In this document: positions 46,014-55,220 of the stretch, piece after piece
Numbering within the stretch: the first letter of the stretch is position 1
Layout: each line of letters opens with the position of its first letter
NCBI GenBank assembly: GCA_015064415.1
Contig: SVSG01000002.1
Location: forward strand, 76,246-140,245
Reading direction: 5' to 3'
DNA length: 64,000 nucleotides
From: Oscillospiraceae bacterium
Lineage (GTDB): Bacteria; Bacillota; Clostridia; Oscillospirales; CAG-272
Notes under the pieces: generated by a model
The model's database searches: none
Told to the model about the DNA's origin: nothing
Seen by the model: only the letters and a program-made list of their open reading frames with translations
Program-made: the position numbers and the translations under genes

Positions 46014-48386
46014 ATGAAAAAAACGAGAATACTCAGCTTTTTCTTGGCTATTCTGATGCTTTGCTCCTGTGGGGTGCTGCTGGCTTCCTGCGGCGGCGAT
46101 GGCGGTATTGAGATCAGCAACGAGCAACAGAGCGTGGATCTGAGCAAATTTTCCATTTATTACAGCGACGATCTGCAGGAAAACAACGTTTTTCGCGATA
46201 TGGCAACGCTTCTGGCGCAGGCCGTGAGCGCAAGAACGGGCAAGGCGATCACCGCAAGAACCTTTGATAAGGCGCCTGCCGAGGCGGATCAGCCCGAGAT
46301 CCTGATCGGTAATACGTCGCGTGCGGAAAGCGTGAACGCGCTGGCCTCTGTGGACGGCGACGGCTTTGCCATTTACACAAGCGAAAATAAGATCGCGATC
46401 ACGGGCAGCTCCAAGATGTTCACGATGTATGCGCTTTGCTATTTCTTCAACAATTATTTCAGCGGGGAGGGCAACGGCGCGACCGTGACGCTGCCTGTCG
46501 AGATCCACGCCGATGAGGTTCCGCTTGTGCCGCTGGCAAATAAGGACGGCTATGCGGTCTCCTTCGTGTACGGCGCGGATCTGAACGATTCTACCAAGTA
46601 TACCGGCGCCCCCGGTGTCAGCGGTACCGGCCACGACCACCGCGATTATCCGTTTGCTGCCGTGGAGAATATCGTGAATAAGCTTTCCGATATGGCGAAG
46701 CTTGGCAAGCGAGGCGTGACGAAATACAAGGACTCTACTGCCGCCGCGGGCGCGGAGTTTATGGTGGGCATCGTAGAGCGCGAGCCCGTAAAGCAAGCGC
46801 TTTCCAAGCTGAAGGGAAGTGAATATTGCTTCTGTGTACAGAACGGACAGATTTATATGACCGCGTGGAACGATGCCGCGCTTGCGGCTTGCTATACCTT
46901 TGTGGAGGGCTTTCTGGAGATCGCCGCGATCACGGCAGAGGATGGCAGCGTGACGGTCGCCTTGCCCGAGGGCTTTACGTTGTTTGGCAACGGCAACCCC
47001 GCGTGGGTGACGGATTTCCCCAAGCCCGACGGCCTGCAGCTTTATAATACGTTGGATACCGCAGAGAATTCCTTGCAGTATCTTTACCTTGGCGAGGGCG
47101 TGAGCGCGGAGGCCTTCCGTGCCTACGGCGAGAAGCTGAAGGGGGAGGGGTACACCGTCCTTGCCGAAAACGAGATCGAGGAAAGCTTGTTCGCCACCTT
47201 TGTGAACAAGGAGGCGGGCCTTATGATCTACGTGGCGTACAATGCCTACGCGCACCAGAGTGAGTATGCCCACAAGTACGAGCGCGCGCTGCGCGTGGTG
47301 GTCTGCCCCACAAGCACGCATGCCGTACCGGATGCTGCGATCCTGAATGCCAATCAAAACTATAAAAAGGTGACCGACACCGCCGTGACCCAGATCGCGC
47401 TGGAGAAGGGCTACGTCGGTATGAGCTACGTGATCACGCTGGAGGATGGGCGCTTTATCATCTTTGACGGCGGAAAGACGGGTAGCGGCTCCCTGGCCGC
47501 AGATCATCTTTGGGACGTACTCAATGCCTCGTATAAACGGATCTACGGCAAGGAACCCACGAAGAACGATCCCGTACGCGTGGCGGCCTGGGTCATCACA
47601 CACTCTCACGGCGACCATTACAACGTGGCAAAAAGTTTGCTGAAAAATTACGGTGCCAGCGGTTTGCTTGATCTGGAGTATCTGATCGGCAACTATCCCT
47701 CCAAGTCCGCCGTATGGCCCATATATAACGCTGACATCGGTATGATGACGGAAGAGGGTACCATTGAAAGTCTGCAGCGGGTGACGGATTTCACCTATCT
47801 GAAGGTGCATGCAGGGCAGAAGTACTATTTCGCCAATCTGGAGATCGAGGTCATCACCACCTATGACGATCTCAATCCCACCCGTGTGCACGTGCAGAAC
47901 GATACCAACACCGTGCTTCGCTTTACCCTCAAAAAGCAGGGCAAGGAGGATTACACGATGCTGTGGTTGGGCGACGCCAACGCCAGACAAAGCCGCTTTA
48001 TGTGTGCGATGTACGGGAATTATCTGAAATCCGATATGGTACAGGTGGCGCACCACGGCAATACGGGCTGTGAAACCGACCTGTACAGCACCGTGAACGC
48101 CCCCGTGGTCTTTTTCCCCAACCGTCTGGAGTCCTATCAGATGTATCTGGATCCCGCCAACAGAAAGAAGTCTGTGCCCTACGAGGTGGATCAGGCACTT
48201 ATCTATGACAATCCCAACACCAAATACGTGTTTGTGGCGCACGAGTATCATACCACGATCCGATTCGATGCAGATAACAAGCCGATGCTGGATCAGATCT
48301 ATGATGGCGTTGCAGGTCCCGAGACGGTGATCGAGTACGTGACCAACGTGCAGATCGGCGGCGCCGCGATCAAGGTCAGAGACTGA
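46014..48386 (+). CDS. Secreted lipoprotein with C-terminal ComEC-like metallo-beta-lactamase-fold domain
   Basis: MKKTRILSFFLAILMLCSCGVLLASC (lipobox LASC). THSHGDH at nt 47601-47618, LWLGDAN, VAHHGN at ~48045-48062. N-terminal ~480 aa unassigned. Confidence 0.85.
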   Translation: MKKTRILSFFLAILMLCSCGVLLASCGGDGGIEISNEQQSVDLSKFSIYYSDDLQENNVFRDMATLLAQAVSARTGKAITARTFDKAPAEADQPEILIGNTSRAESVNALASVDGDGFAIYTSENKIAITGSSKMFTMYALCYFFNNYFSGEGNGATVTLPVEIHADEVPLVPLANKDGYAVSFVYGADLNDSTKYTGAPGVSGTGHDHRDYPFAAVENIVNKLSDMAKLGKRGVTKYKDSTAAAGAEFMVGIVEREPVKQALSKLKGSEYCFCVQNGQIYMTAWNDAALAACYTFVEGFLEIAAITAEDGSVTVALPEGFTLFGNGNPAWVTDFPKPDGLQLYNTLDTAENSLQYLYLGEGVSAEAFRAYGEKLKGEGYTVLAENEIEESLFATFVNKEAGLMIYVAYNAYAHQSEYAHKYERALRVVVCPTSTHAVPDAAILNANQNYKKVTDTAVTQIALEKGYVGMSYVITLEDGRFIIFDGGKTGSGSLAADHLWDVLNASYKRIYGKEPTKNDPVRVAAWVITHSHGDHYNVAKSLLKNYGASGLLDLEYLIGNYPSKSAVWPIYNADIGMMTEEGTIESLQRVTDFTYLKVHAGQKYYFANLEIEVITTYDDLNPTRVHVQNDTNTVLRFTLKKQGKEDYTMLWLGDANARQSRFMCAMYGNYLKSDMVQVAHHGNTGCETDLYSTVNAPVVFFPNRLESYQMYLDPANRKKSVPYEVDQALIYDNPNTKYVFVAHEYHTTIRFDADNKPMLDQIYDGVAGPETVIEYVTNVQIGGAAIKVRD

Positions 48387-48396
48387 CATAAAATAA

Positions 48397-48427
48397 GAAA
48401 AAACACCCGACGTGTTCGGGTGTTTTT
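48397..48427 (+). terminator. Rho-independent terminator (cassette B)
   Basis: AACACCCGA / TCGGGTGTT stem + TTTTT. Confidence 0.8.
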
Positions 48428-48439
48428 CTGCGTTTGGGA

Positions 48440-48468
48440 TTGACACCCCGCGAAAAAGGGGGTATAAT
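48440..48468 (+). promoter_or_regulatory. Promoter of P2-P3 (cassette B)
   Basis: TTGACA 48440-48445, 17-nt spacer, TATAAT 48463-48468. The -10 sits inside palindrome GGGGTATaATACCCC (48459-48473). Confidence 0.6.
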
Positions 48469-48510
48469 ACCCCTTGAAGAAATCTTTTTCCATGCAAGGA
48501 GGAATTTGCT

Positions 48511-49820
48511 GTGCTGCAGGCAGGATTTGCAAGAGTGGACGTCACGCCCCCGATGGGCAGCCCCGTGGACGGCTATTTCAAGGATCGCGTGGCGAGAGGG
48601 ATCCTTGACCCCATCGAGCTGAACGCCATCGCATTTTCGGACGGCGAGAAGCGTGCCGTGATGATCACGGGCGATTTTCTCGGCATTGAAATATTCCACG
48701 TGACCAATATCAAGGAGCACGTTACCCGCCAAACGGGTCTTAAAAACGAGGAGATCTTTATCAGTGCTACACATTCGCACACCTCGGTTTTCGTAAGAGA
48801 AAATCCTGCGAAAAATCTGCCGCAGGAGTACATCAATATGCTGTATCGCAAGTTCGCGGATGCGGCGCAGATGGCGCTTTCCGATCTTGCGGATGCCACG
48901 CTTTATACCGCGCAAAAGGAAACCGCCGCGCCGATCGGCTTTGTGCGCCGCTATCGCCTTTCCGACGGGCGCGTGGCGACCAATCCCGGTGCCGCCGTCC
49001 TGCCCCTTGTCACGGGCAGATGTGACGAATCCGACAATACGGTGCGCATTTTGCGCTTTTGTCGCGAGGGCAAAAAGGATATTACGTTGCTGAATTTCTC
49101 CACGCATCCCGATGTGATCTCGGGTGAGTATTATTCCGCCGACTGGCCCGGCTTTGCCCGTCGCTTCGTGGAGGCGGAGCACCCCGACACCCACTGCCTG
49201 CAATTCACGGGCACGGAGGGGGACAGCAATCACGTGGATTTCTTGAAGCCGGAGGAGGAGCGTTTCCCACACGGCAGGGGCTATGCGCACAGCCGCTATA
49301 TGGGGCGGATGCGGTGAATGCCGTGTGGGAGAACATGACCGCGCACGCGGACGGCGCCTTGCAGACAAAGCAGACCTCGGTGTTCGTGAGATCGAACACC
49401 GTCGGTGAGGAAAAGTACGATGAGTGCAAGAAGATGTATACGGATTTTTATGCGGGCAAGCTGGATTACAAGCCCACGGGCGAGCAGTTGGCGTTTGCGC
49501 GCCGCGTGATCCACATCCGCGAGAGTATGGGCATTTACCGCGAGCTGCCGATCGGCGTGATCGGTATTTCGGACGTGCGCATCGTCACCTTTGCGGGCGA
49601 GCCCTTCACCGCCTACGGGGAGAGCGTGCGCGCGCTTGCGGGTGGAAAATTTGCCATCGCGCTGGCATTGACGAACGGCTATCAGGGCTATTTGCCGCAC
49701 GCCCGCGCCTTTGCGGAGGGCGGCTATGAGGCGGCGAACTCGCACTTCACCTCCACGCTACAAGAGCAGGCGATGGAGGCGGTGGAAAACGCATTCAAGG
49801 AAATGGAGAATGGAAAATGA
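48511..49820 (+). pseudogene. Ceramidase-like paralog P2, reading frame broken by a 10-nt deletion (junction 49307|49308)
   Basis: Track ORFs 48511-49317 and 49314-49820 together equal one paralog. P9 reads TATATGGGGCG-CGTGATCGCC-GATGCGGTGAA where P2 reads TATATGGGGCG-GATGCGGTGAA. GTG start after AAGGAGG. Confidence 0.75.
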
Positions 49821-51115
49821 AAGCAGGATTTGGCAGATTGGATATAACGCCCCCCTTGGGCACCCCTCTTGCGGGATATTACGAGCAGCGCCTTGCCGAT
49901 GGCGTGCGCGACCCGCTTTCTCTCAACGCGCTGGCCCTCTCGGACGGGGAAAGCACCGCTGTGATGATCACCGCAGATATGCTGGGCATCCGCCGTACCT
50001 ATTCTGAGGAAATTCGCAATTTAGTGGCCGAACGGGTGGGAATTCCCGTGGATCATGTGATGCTGATGTCCCTGCATCAGCACACCTCGATGCGCCTGGC
50101 GGACGCGTGGGAGCGCAGTGCCGTGACGGACAAAACCTATCTGGACGTTTTTTATCGCAAGGTGTGTGATGTGGCGCAGATGGCGATCGCGGATCTTTCG
50201 GACGCCACCGTGAGCTATGCCGAGCGGGAAACTGCGGAGCCGATCGCGTTCATCCGTCGCTATTTTATGAAGGACGGCAGCGTGCGCACCAACCCCGGCA
50301 AGCACCGCGACGAGGTGGTGGCACCCGTGGGTGAGCAGGATCACAACGTGCGCCTGGTGAAATTTGTGCGCGAGGGCGCGAAAAATATCGCCCTTGTCAA
50401 CTTTTCCACCCACCCCGACACGATAGGCGGCAAAAAGATCTCGGCAGACTGGCCCGGCTTTGTGCGCCGCTTTGTGGAGGAGGATCACCCCGATACGCAT
50501 TGCATTTGCGTGAACGGCGCGCAAGGGGACAGCAACCACGTGGACCCTTGGCGCGAGGGGAAGCAAAGCGGCTATTTCCGCGCGGAGCATATGGGGCGCG
50601 TGATCGCAGATACCGCGAATACGGTGTGGGAAAACGGCGACGTTTGCCATGATGCGAAGCTGTTTTCCGGTGTGAAGCTGGTGTATAATTACACCAACAC
50701 CAAGGGCTCGGAATATTACGACGAGTGCGCCGCGCTGTACTACGGGCATTGGAACGGCGAGCAGGTGCCCTCCAAAACCGAGCACGGCTACAGTCTTGGT
50801 GAGTGCGAGCGCATCGTGAAGCTACGCGAGCGCGGGCAGATCTTCCAATGCGTGCCCGTGAACGTGATCGGCTTCGGCAAGCTGGCATTTGTGGGCTACG
50901 GCGGCGAGCCGTTTCTGCATTATGCGCAAGGCGCGCGCGAGGCGGCGCCCGACAAGCACGTCATCGTTGCCTGCTGTGCCAACGGCTATGAGGATTATCT
51001 GCCCACCGATGCGGCGTTTGACGAGGGCGGCTACGAGGCGACCAGCACCGCCTTCACCAAGGGGCTGGAGCGTGACTGCGTGGCGGCGGCATCCGAGCTT
51101 CTGGCGCAGATCTGA
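49817..51115 (+). CDS. Ceramidase-like putative metallo-amidohydrolase, paralog P3
   Basis: MKAGFGRLDITPP, LHQHTS, THPD, QGDSNH, GGEPF, NGYEDYLP, GGYE. ATG overlaps the stop of the P2 distal frame (ATGA). Confidence 0.9.
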   Translation: MKAGFGRLDITPPLGTPLAGYYEQRLADGVRDPLSLNALALSDGESTAVMITADMLGIRRTYSEEIRNLVAERVGIPVDHVMLMSLHQHTSMRLADAWERSAVTDKTYLDVFYRKVCDVAQMAIADLSDATVSYAERETAEPIAFIRRYFMKDGSVRTNPGKHRDEVVAPVGEQDHNVRLVKFVREGAKNIALVNFSTHPDTIGGKKISADWPGFVRRFVEEDHPDTHCICVNGAQGDSNHVDPWREGKQSGYFRAEHMGRVIADTANTVWENGDVCHDAKLFSGVKLVYNYTNTKGSEYYDECAALYYGHWNGEQVPSKTEHGYSLGECERIVKLRERGQIFQCVPVNVIGFGKLAFVGYGGEPFLHYAQGAREAAPDKHVIVACCANGYEDYLPTDAAFDEGGYEATSTAFTKGLERDCVAAASELLAQI

Positions 51116-51118
51116 GTG

Positions 51119-51148
51119 AAAAAACACCCGATTAATCGGGTGTTTTTT
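51119..51148 (+). terminator. Rho-independent terminator (cassette C)
   Basis: A-run, ACACCCG-attaat-CGGGTGT, TTTTTT. Confidence 0.8.
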
Positions 51149-51158
51149 CGTTTTGGGG

Positions 51159-51187
51159 TTGACACCCCCACAAAAACGCGTTATAAT
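51159..51187 (+). promoter_or_regulatory. Promoter of P4-P7 (cassette C)
   Basis: TTGACA 51159-51164, 17-nt spacer, TATAAT 51182-51187. Inverted repeat TAAAGGTT-at-AACCTTTA at 51193-51210. Confidence 0.6.
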
Positions 51188-51229
51188 GCCCTTAAAGGTT
51201 ATAACCTTTACCACAAGGAGGATAACATT

Positions 51230-52552
51230 ATGTTAAAAGCAGGATTTGCAAGATTGGATATGACGCCCCCTTTCGGCTCTCCCCTGGCGGGCTATTATGA
51301 AACGCGCGAAGCGGAGGGCGTGCTGGACCCCGTGTATCTCAATGCTCTCGCGCTGAACGAGGGAGAAAAGACCATCATTGTGATCACCGCGGACGTGCTG
51401 ATCATCCGTATGGACGTGTGCGACACCTTACGCGCCATGATCGAGGAGCGCACGGGTGTGCCCGCCGATCACATTCTGATCAACTCGTTGCACCCGCACA
51501 CCTCGCTGCGTATCGGCGGCAAGCCCGGCCCCGGCACCTCCATCATTACGGACCGTGCTTATCTGGACGTGCTTTACCGCAAGTTCTGCGACGTGGCGCA
51601 GATGGCGATCAGCGATCTTGCCGATGCCACCTATGAGACTGCTGTGCAGCACGCGGTTGCCGATATTTCCTTTGTGCGCCGTTACTTTATGAAGGACGGC
51701 GTGCTTAAGACCAATCCCGGCAGTCACGCCCCCGAGGAGATCGATAGACCCGCGGCAAGATCGGACAATGACGTGCGATTGGTGCTGTTCCGACGCGAGG
51801 GCGTGAAGGATATTGCGCTGGTCAACTTTGCCACCCACCCCGACGTCATCGGCGGCAAAAAGATCTCTGCCGACTGGCCGGGGTTTGCGCGCCGCTTTGT
51901 GGAAGAGGATCACAAGGATGTGCATTGCATCCTGATGAACGGCTTCCAGGGTGATACCAACCATATCAACTTTATGGTGGAAAAGGAAAAGCGCTTCCCG
52001 AACGGCAAGCGCTATCTGCACTCCGAGTATATGGGACGTGTCATTGCCGACACCGTCAACCTGATGTGGGACAAGACCGTGCCCGAGGATAAGACGGGCA
52101 TTTTTGCCGAGGTGAGCTATATTTTCAACAAGTGTAGCACGCGCGGCGAGGAGCATTACGAGGAATGCCATGCCTTCTACGTCAAATATAAGAGTGGGGA
52201 TTACAGCGAGAAGGAAACCAAATCCGGCATCGCGATGGCCGAGGCGTGCCGTATCGCCCGCATCCCCGAGCAGCCCGTGTACCACAAGATCCCGATCACG
52301 GTGCTTGGCATGGGCAAGCTTGCCTTCTTCGGCATCGGCGGCGAGCCCTTTACCGAATACGGATACATCGCCCGTGAGGCATTCCCCGAAAAGTTTGTGA
52401 TGACCGCAACCTGCGCCAACGGCGGCGAGGGGTATCTCCCGAGCCAGCAGGCATTCTCGCAGGGTGGTTACGAGGTGATCTCCTCGCACTTTACCGACAC
52501 GCTGGAAAAGACCGTGATGGATGCATCGCTTGAAATGCTTGGAAAGTTTTAA
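51230..52552 (+). CDS. Ceramidase-like putative metallo-amidohydrolase, paralog P4
   Basis: ATG 51230 after AAGGAGG. MLKAGFARLDMTPP, LHPHTS, THPD, QGDTNH, GGEPFT, NGGEGYLP, GGYE. Confidence 0.9.
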   Translation: MLKAGFARLDMTPPFGSPLAGYYETREAEGVLDPVYLNALALNEGEKTIIVITADVLIIRMDVCDTLRAMIEERTGVPADHILINSLHPHTSLRIGGKPGPGTSIITDRAYLDVLYRKFCDVAQMAISDLADATYETAVQHAVADISFVRRYFMKDGVLKTNPGSHAPEEIDRPAARSDNDVRLVLFRREGVKDIALVNFATHPDVIGGKKISADWPGFARRFVEEDHKDVHCILMNGFQGDTNHINFMVEKEKRFPNGKRYLHSEYMGRVIADTVNLMWDKTVPEDKTGIFAEVSYIFNKCSTRGEEHYEECHAFYVKYKSGDYSEKETKSGIAMAEACRIARIPEQPVYHKIPITVLGMGKLAFFGIGGEPFTEYGYIAREAFPEKFVMTATCANGGEGYLPSQQAFSQGGYEVISSHFTDTLEKTVMDASLEMLGKF

Positions 52553-52564
52553 GGAGAAAAAGAT

Positions 52565-53878
52565 ATGTTGAAAGCAGGTTTTGCAAGAACGGATATGACG
52601 CCCCCCTTCGGTACGCCCCTTGCGGGGTATTACGAGGCACGCTATGCCGACGGCATTTTGGATCCCTTGTACCTCAACGCCCTCGCGCTTTCGGACGGGG
52701 AAGGGACGATCGTGGTGATCACCGCCGACGTGCTGATGGTGCGCATGGACGTGTGCGATATGCTGCGCGCAATGATTGAGGAAAGGACGGGGGTGCCCGC
52801 CGATCACATTCTGATCAACTCCTTGCACCCGCACACCTCGCTGCGCATCGGCGGTAAGGTAGAAAAGGGCGGCGTGGTGGTCACGGATCAGGCGTATCTG
52901 GACGTTTTGTACCGCAAATTCTGTGATGTGGCGCAGATGGCGGTGGATGATATGACGGAGGCCACCTACGGCACCGCTGTACAGCGCGCCGTGGAGGAGA
53001 TCTCCTTCGTGCGCCGCTACTTCCTGAAGGACGGCACCCTCAAGACAAATCCCGGCGGTGTTCCCGTGGAAGAGCTGGACAGATACGCGGCAAGATCCGA
53101 CAATGACGTGCGGTTGGTGCTGTTCAAGCGCGAGGGGAAGAAGGACATCGCCCTTGTGAATTTTGCCTGCCATCCCGACGTGATCGGCGGTACCAAGATC
53201 TCGGCGGACTGGCCGGGTCTTACGCGCACCTTTGTGGAGGCGGAGCACAAGGATGCACATTGCATCCTGATGAACGGCTTCCAGGGTGACACCAACCATT
53301 ACAACTTTTTCAAAGGAAAAGAGGGTTGCAAGAAGGGTTACACGCACAGCAACTATATGGCGCGTGTGATCACGGACACCGTGAACCTCATCTGGGATAA
53401 GACCAAGGAGCAGGAAGCAGGCAACGTGTATGCCGAAATGCGCCACGTGTTCAACAAATGCAGCACGCGCGGCGAGGAGCATTACGAGGAATGCCGTGCC
53501 TTCTACCTCCGCTACAAGAGCGGCGATTACAGCGTAAGAAAGACGGAAAGCGGCATCGATCTGCCCGAGGCGGCACGCATTGCGCGCATCCCCGAGCAGC
53601 CCGTGTACCACAAGATCCCGATCACGGTGCTGGGGATCGGCAAGCTGGCGTTCTTCGGCCTTGGCGGCGAGCCCTTTACCGAATACGGCTACATCGCACG
53701 CGAGGCGTGCCCCGACAAATTTGTGTTGACCGCGACCTGCGCCAACGGCGGCGAGGGGTATCTGCCCAGTAAGCAGGCATTCGACCAGGGCGGGTATGAG
53801 GTCGTAACCTCCAACTTCACGCCCAATTTGCAGGAAGACGTCATGAAGGCGTCGCTTGCGATGCTGAAAAGCTTTTAA
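52565..53878 (+). CDS. Ceramidase-like putative metallo-amidohydrolase, paralog P5 (closest relative of P4)
   Basis: Same motif set. Shares long identical peptide runs with P4 (LRAMIEERTGVPADHILINSLHPHTSLRIGGK). Confidence 0.9.
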   Translation: MLKAGFARTDMTPPFGTPLAGYYEARYADGILDPLYLNALALSDGEGTIVVITADVLMVRMDVCDMLRAMIEERTGVPADHILINSLHPHTSLRIGGKVEKGGVVVTDQAYLDVLYRKFCDVAQMAVDDMTEATYGTAVQRAVEEISFVRRYFLKDGTLKTNPGGVPVEELDRYAARSDNDVRLVLFKREGKKDIALVNFACHPDVIGGTKISADWPGLTRTFVEAEHKDAHCILMNGFQGDTNHYNFFKGKEGCKKGYTHSNYMARVITDTVNLIWDKTKEQEAGNVYAEMRHVFNKCSTRGEEHYEECRAFYLRYKSGDYSVRKTESGIDLPEAARIARIPEQPVYHKIPITVLGIGKLAFFGLGGEPFTEYGYIAREACPDKFVLTATCANGGEGYLPSKQAFDQGGYEVVTSNFTPNLQEDVMKASLAMLKSF

Positions 53879-53890
53879 GAGGGCGGTGTT

Positions 53891-55210
53891 ATGATAAAGG
53901 CCGGATTTGCCAGGGTGGACGTGACGCCACCCTTGGGGACCCCCATCGCGGGGTATTTCAGCGTGCGCCTTGCCGAAGGGGTGCTGGACCCCATTGAGCT
54001 GAATGCCGTTGCCTTTGGCAACGAGCACGAGAGCGCCCTTTTGATCGCCGCGGATTTTACGGGAATGACGATGGCGCGCATCACGCCGCTTCGCGCACGG
54101 ATCGCCGCTATGACGGGCGTGCCCGCCGAGCGGATCCTCATCACCTCGCTGCATCAGCACACCTCGATCTACGTGGGTGACGAGATCGGTGATGCGGAGG
54201 ATTACGCCATGATCAAGGATGGTGCGTATCTGGATTTTCTGGACCGCAAATTCTGCGACGTGGCAAAAATGGCGCTGTCGGATATGAGCGAGGCACGCCT
54301 TTTGGCAAATGAGGGCGCGACGGAAAAAATGATCGCCTTCACCCGCCGTTACGTGATGCCGGATCGCACGATCCGCACCAATCCCCCAAGCAAATACGGG
54401 GTTCCCGTGCGCCGCACCGAGGCACCGGATAACACCGTGCGCCTGCTGCGCTTTGTGCGCGAAGGGAAGTGCGAGATCGATATTGTGAATTTTTCCACCC
54501 ACCCCGACGTGATCTCGGGCAATCTTCTTTCCGCAGACTGGCCCGGATTTGTGCGCCGCTTTGTGGAAAGCGACCGTCCCGACGTTGCTTGCCTTTGTAT
54601 GGTCGGCTGTCAGGGCGACAGCAACCATCTGGACTTTTTCAAGCCGAAGGAGGAGCGATTCCCCGAAGGGATGGGATATCCGCACAGCCGCTATATGGGG
54701 CGTATGATCGCCGATACCGTCGGCGCGCTTTTGCAGGATGGCACCGAGCACACGGGTGACACCGTGTTTGGCGGTGTGAAGCTGATCTATAACAAGACCA
54801 ACACCGCGGGTGAGGAGTATTATGACGAGGCGGTACAGTTCATTGCCGATTACGAGGCAGGTGAGCCGAAAAAGACCGCGCACGTCACGGATATTGCCTA
54901 CGCCATGCGTGTGCGCCGCCTGTTGACCGCTCCCATTCGCCGCGCCGTGCCCGTCACGGTGCTGGGGATCGGTGACGTGGCCTTCGTCGGCTACGGTGGT
55001 GAGCCCTTTACTCACTACGGCACCGCCGCAAGAGCGGGGGCTGAGGATAAGACCGTGCTTTGCGCGTGCTGTGCCAACGGCTACGAGGGGTATCTGCTGA
55101 CCGAGCAGGCCTTCCGCGAGGGCGGTTATGAGGCCGCGACCTCGCTGTATACCCCCGGACTTGAAAAGCAATGTGTCGATGCGGCACTTACAATGTTGAA
55201 GCAATTTTAA
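53891..55210 (+). CDS. Ceramidase-like putative metallo-amidohydrolase, paralog P6
   Basis: MIKAGFARVDVTPP, LHQHTS, THPD, QGDSNH, GGEPFT, NGYEGYLL, GGYE. Confidence 0.9.
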   Translation: MIKAGFARVDVTPPLGTPIAGYFSVRLAEGVLDPIELNAVAFGNEHESALLIAADFTGMTMARITPLRARIAAMTGVPAERILITSLHQHTSIYVGDEIGDAEDYAMIKDGAYLDFLDRKFCDVAKMALSDMSEARLLANEGATEKMIAFTRRYVMPDRTIRTNPPSKYGVPVRRTEAPDNTVRLLRFVREGKCEIDIVNFSTHPDVISGNLLSADWPGFVRRFVESDRPDVACLCMVGCQGDSNHLDFFKPKEERFPEGMGYPHSRYMGRMIADTVGALLQDGTEHTGDTVFGGVKLIYNKTNTAGEEYYDEAVQFIADYEAGEPKKTAHVTDIAYAMRVRRLLTAPIRRAVPVTVLGIGDVAFVGYGGEPFTHYGTAARAGAEDKTVLCACCANGYEGYLLTEQAFREGGYEAATSLYTPGLEKQCVDAALTMLKQF

Positions 55211-55220
55211 GGAGAAAGTT

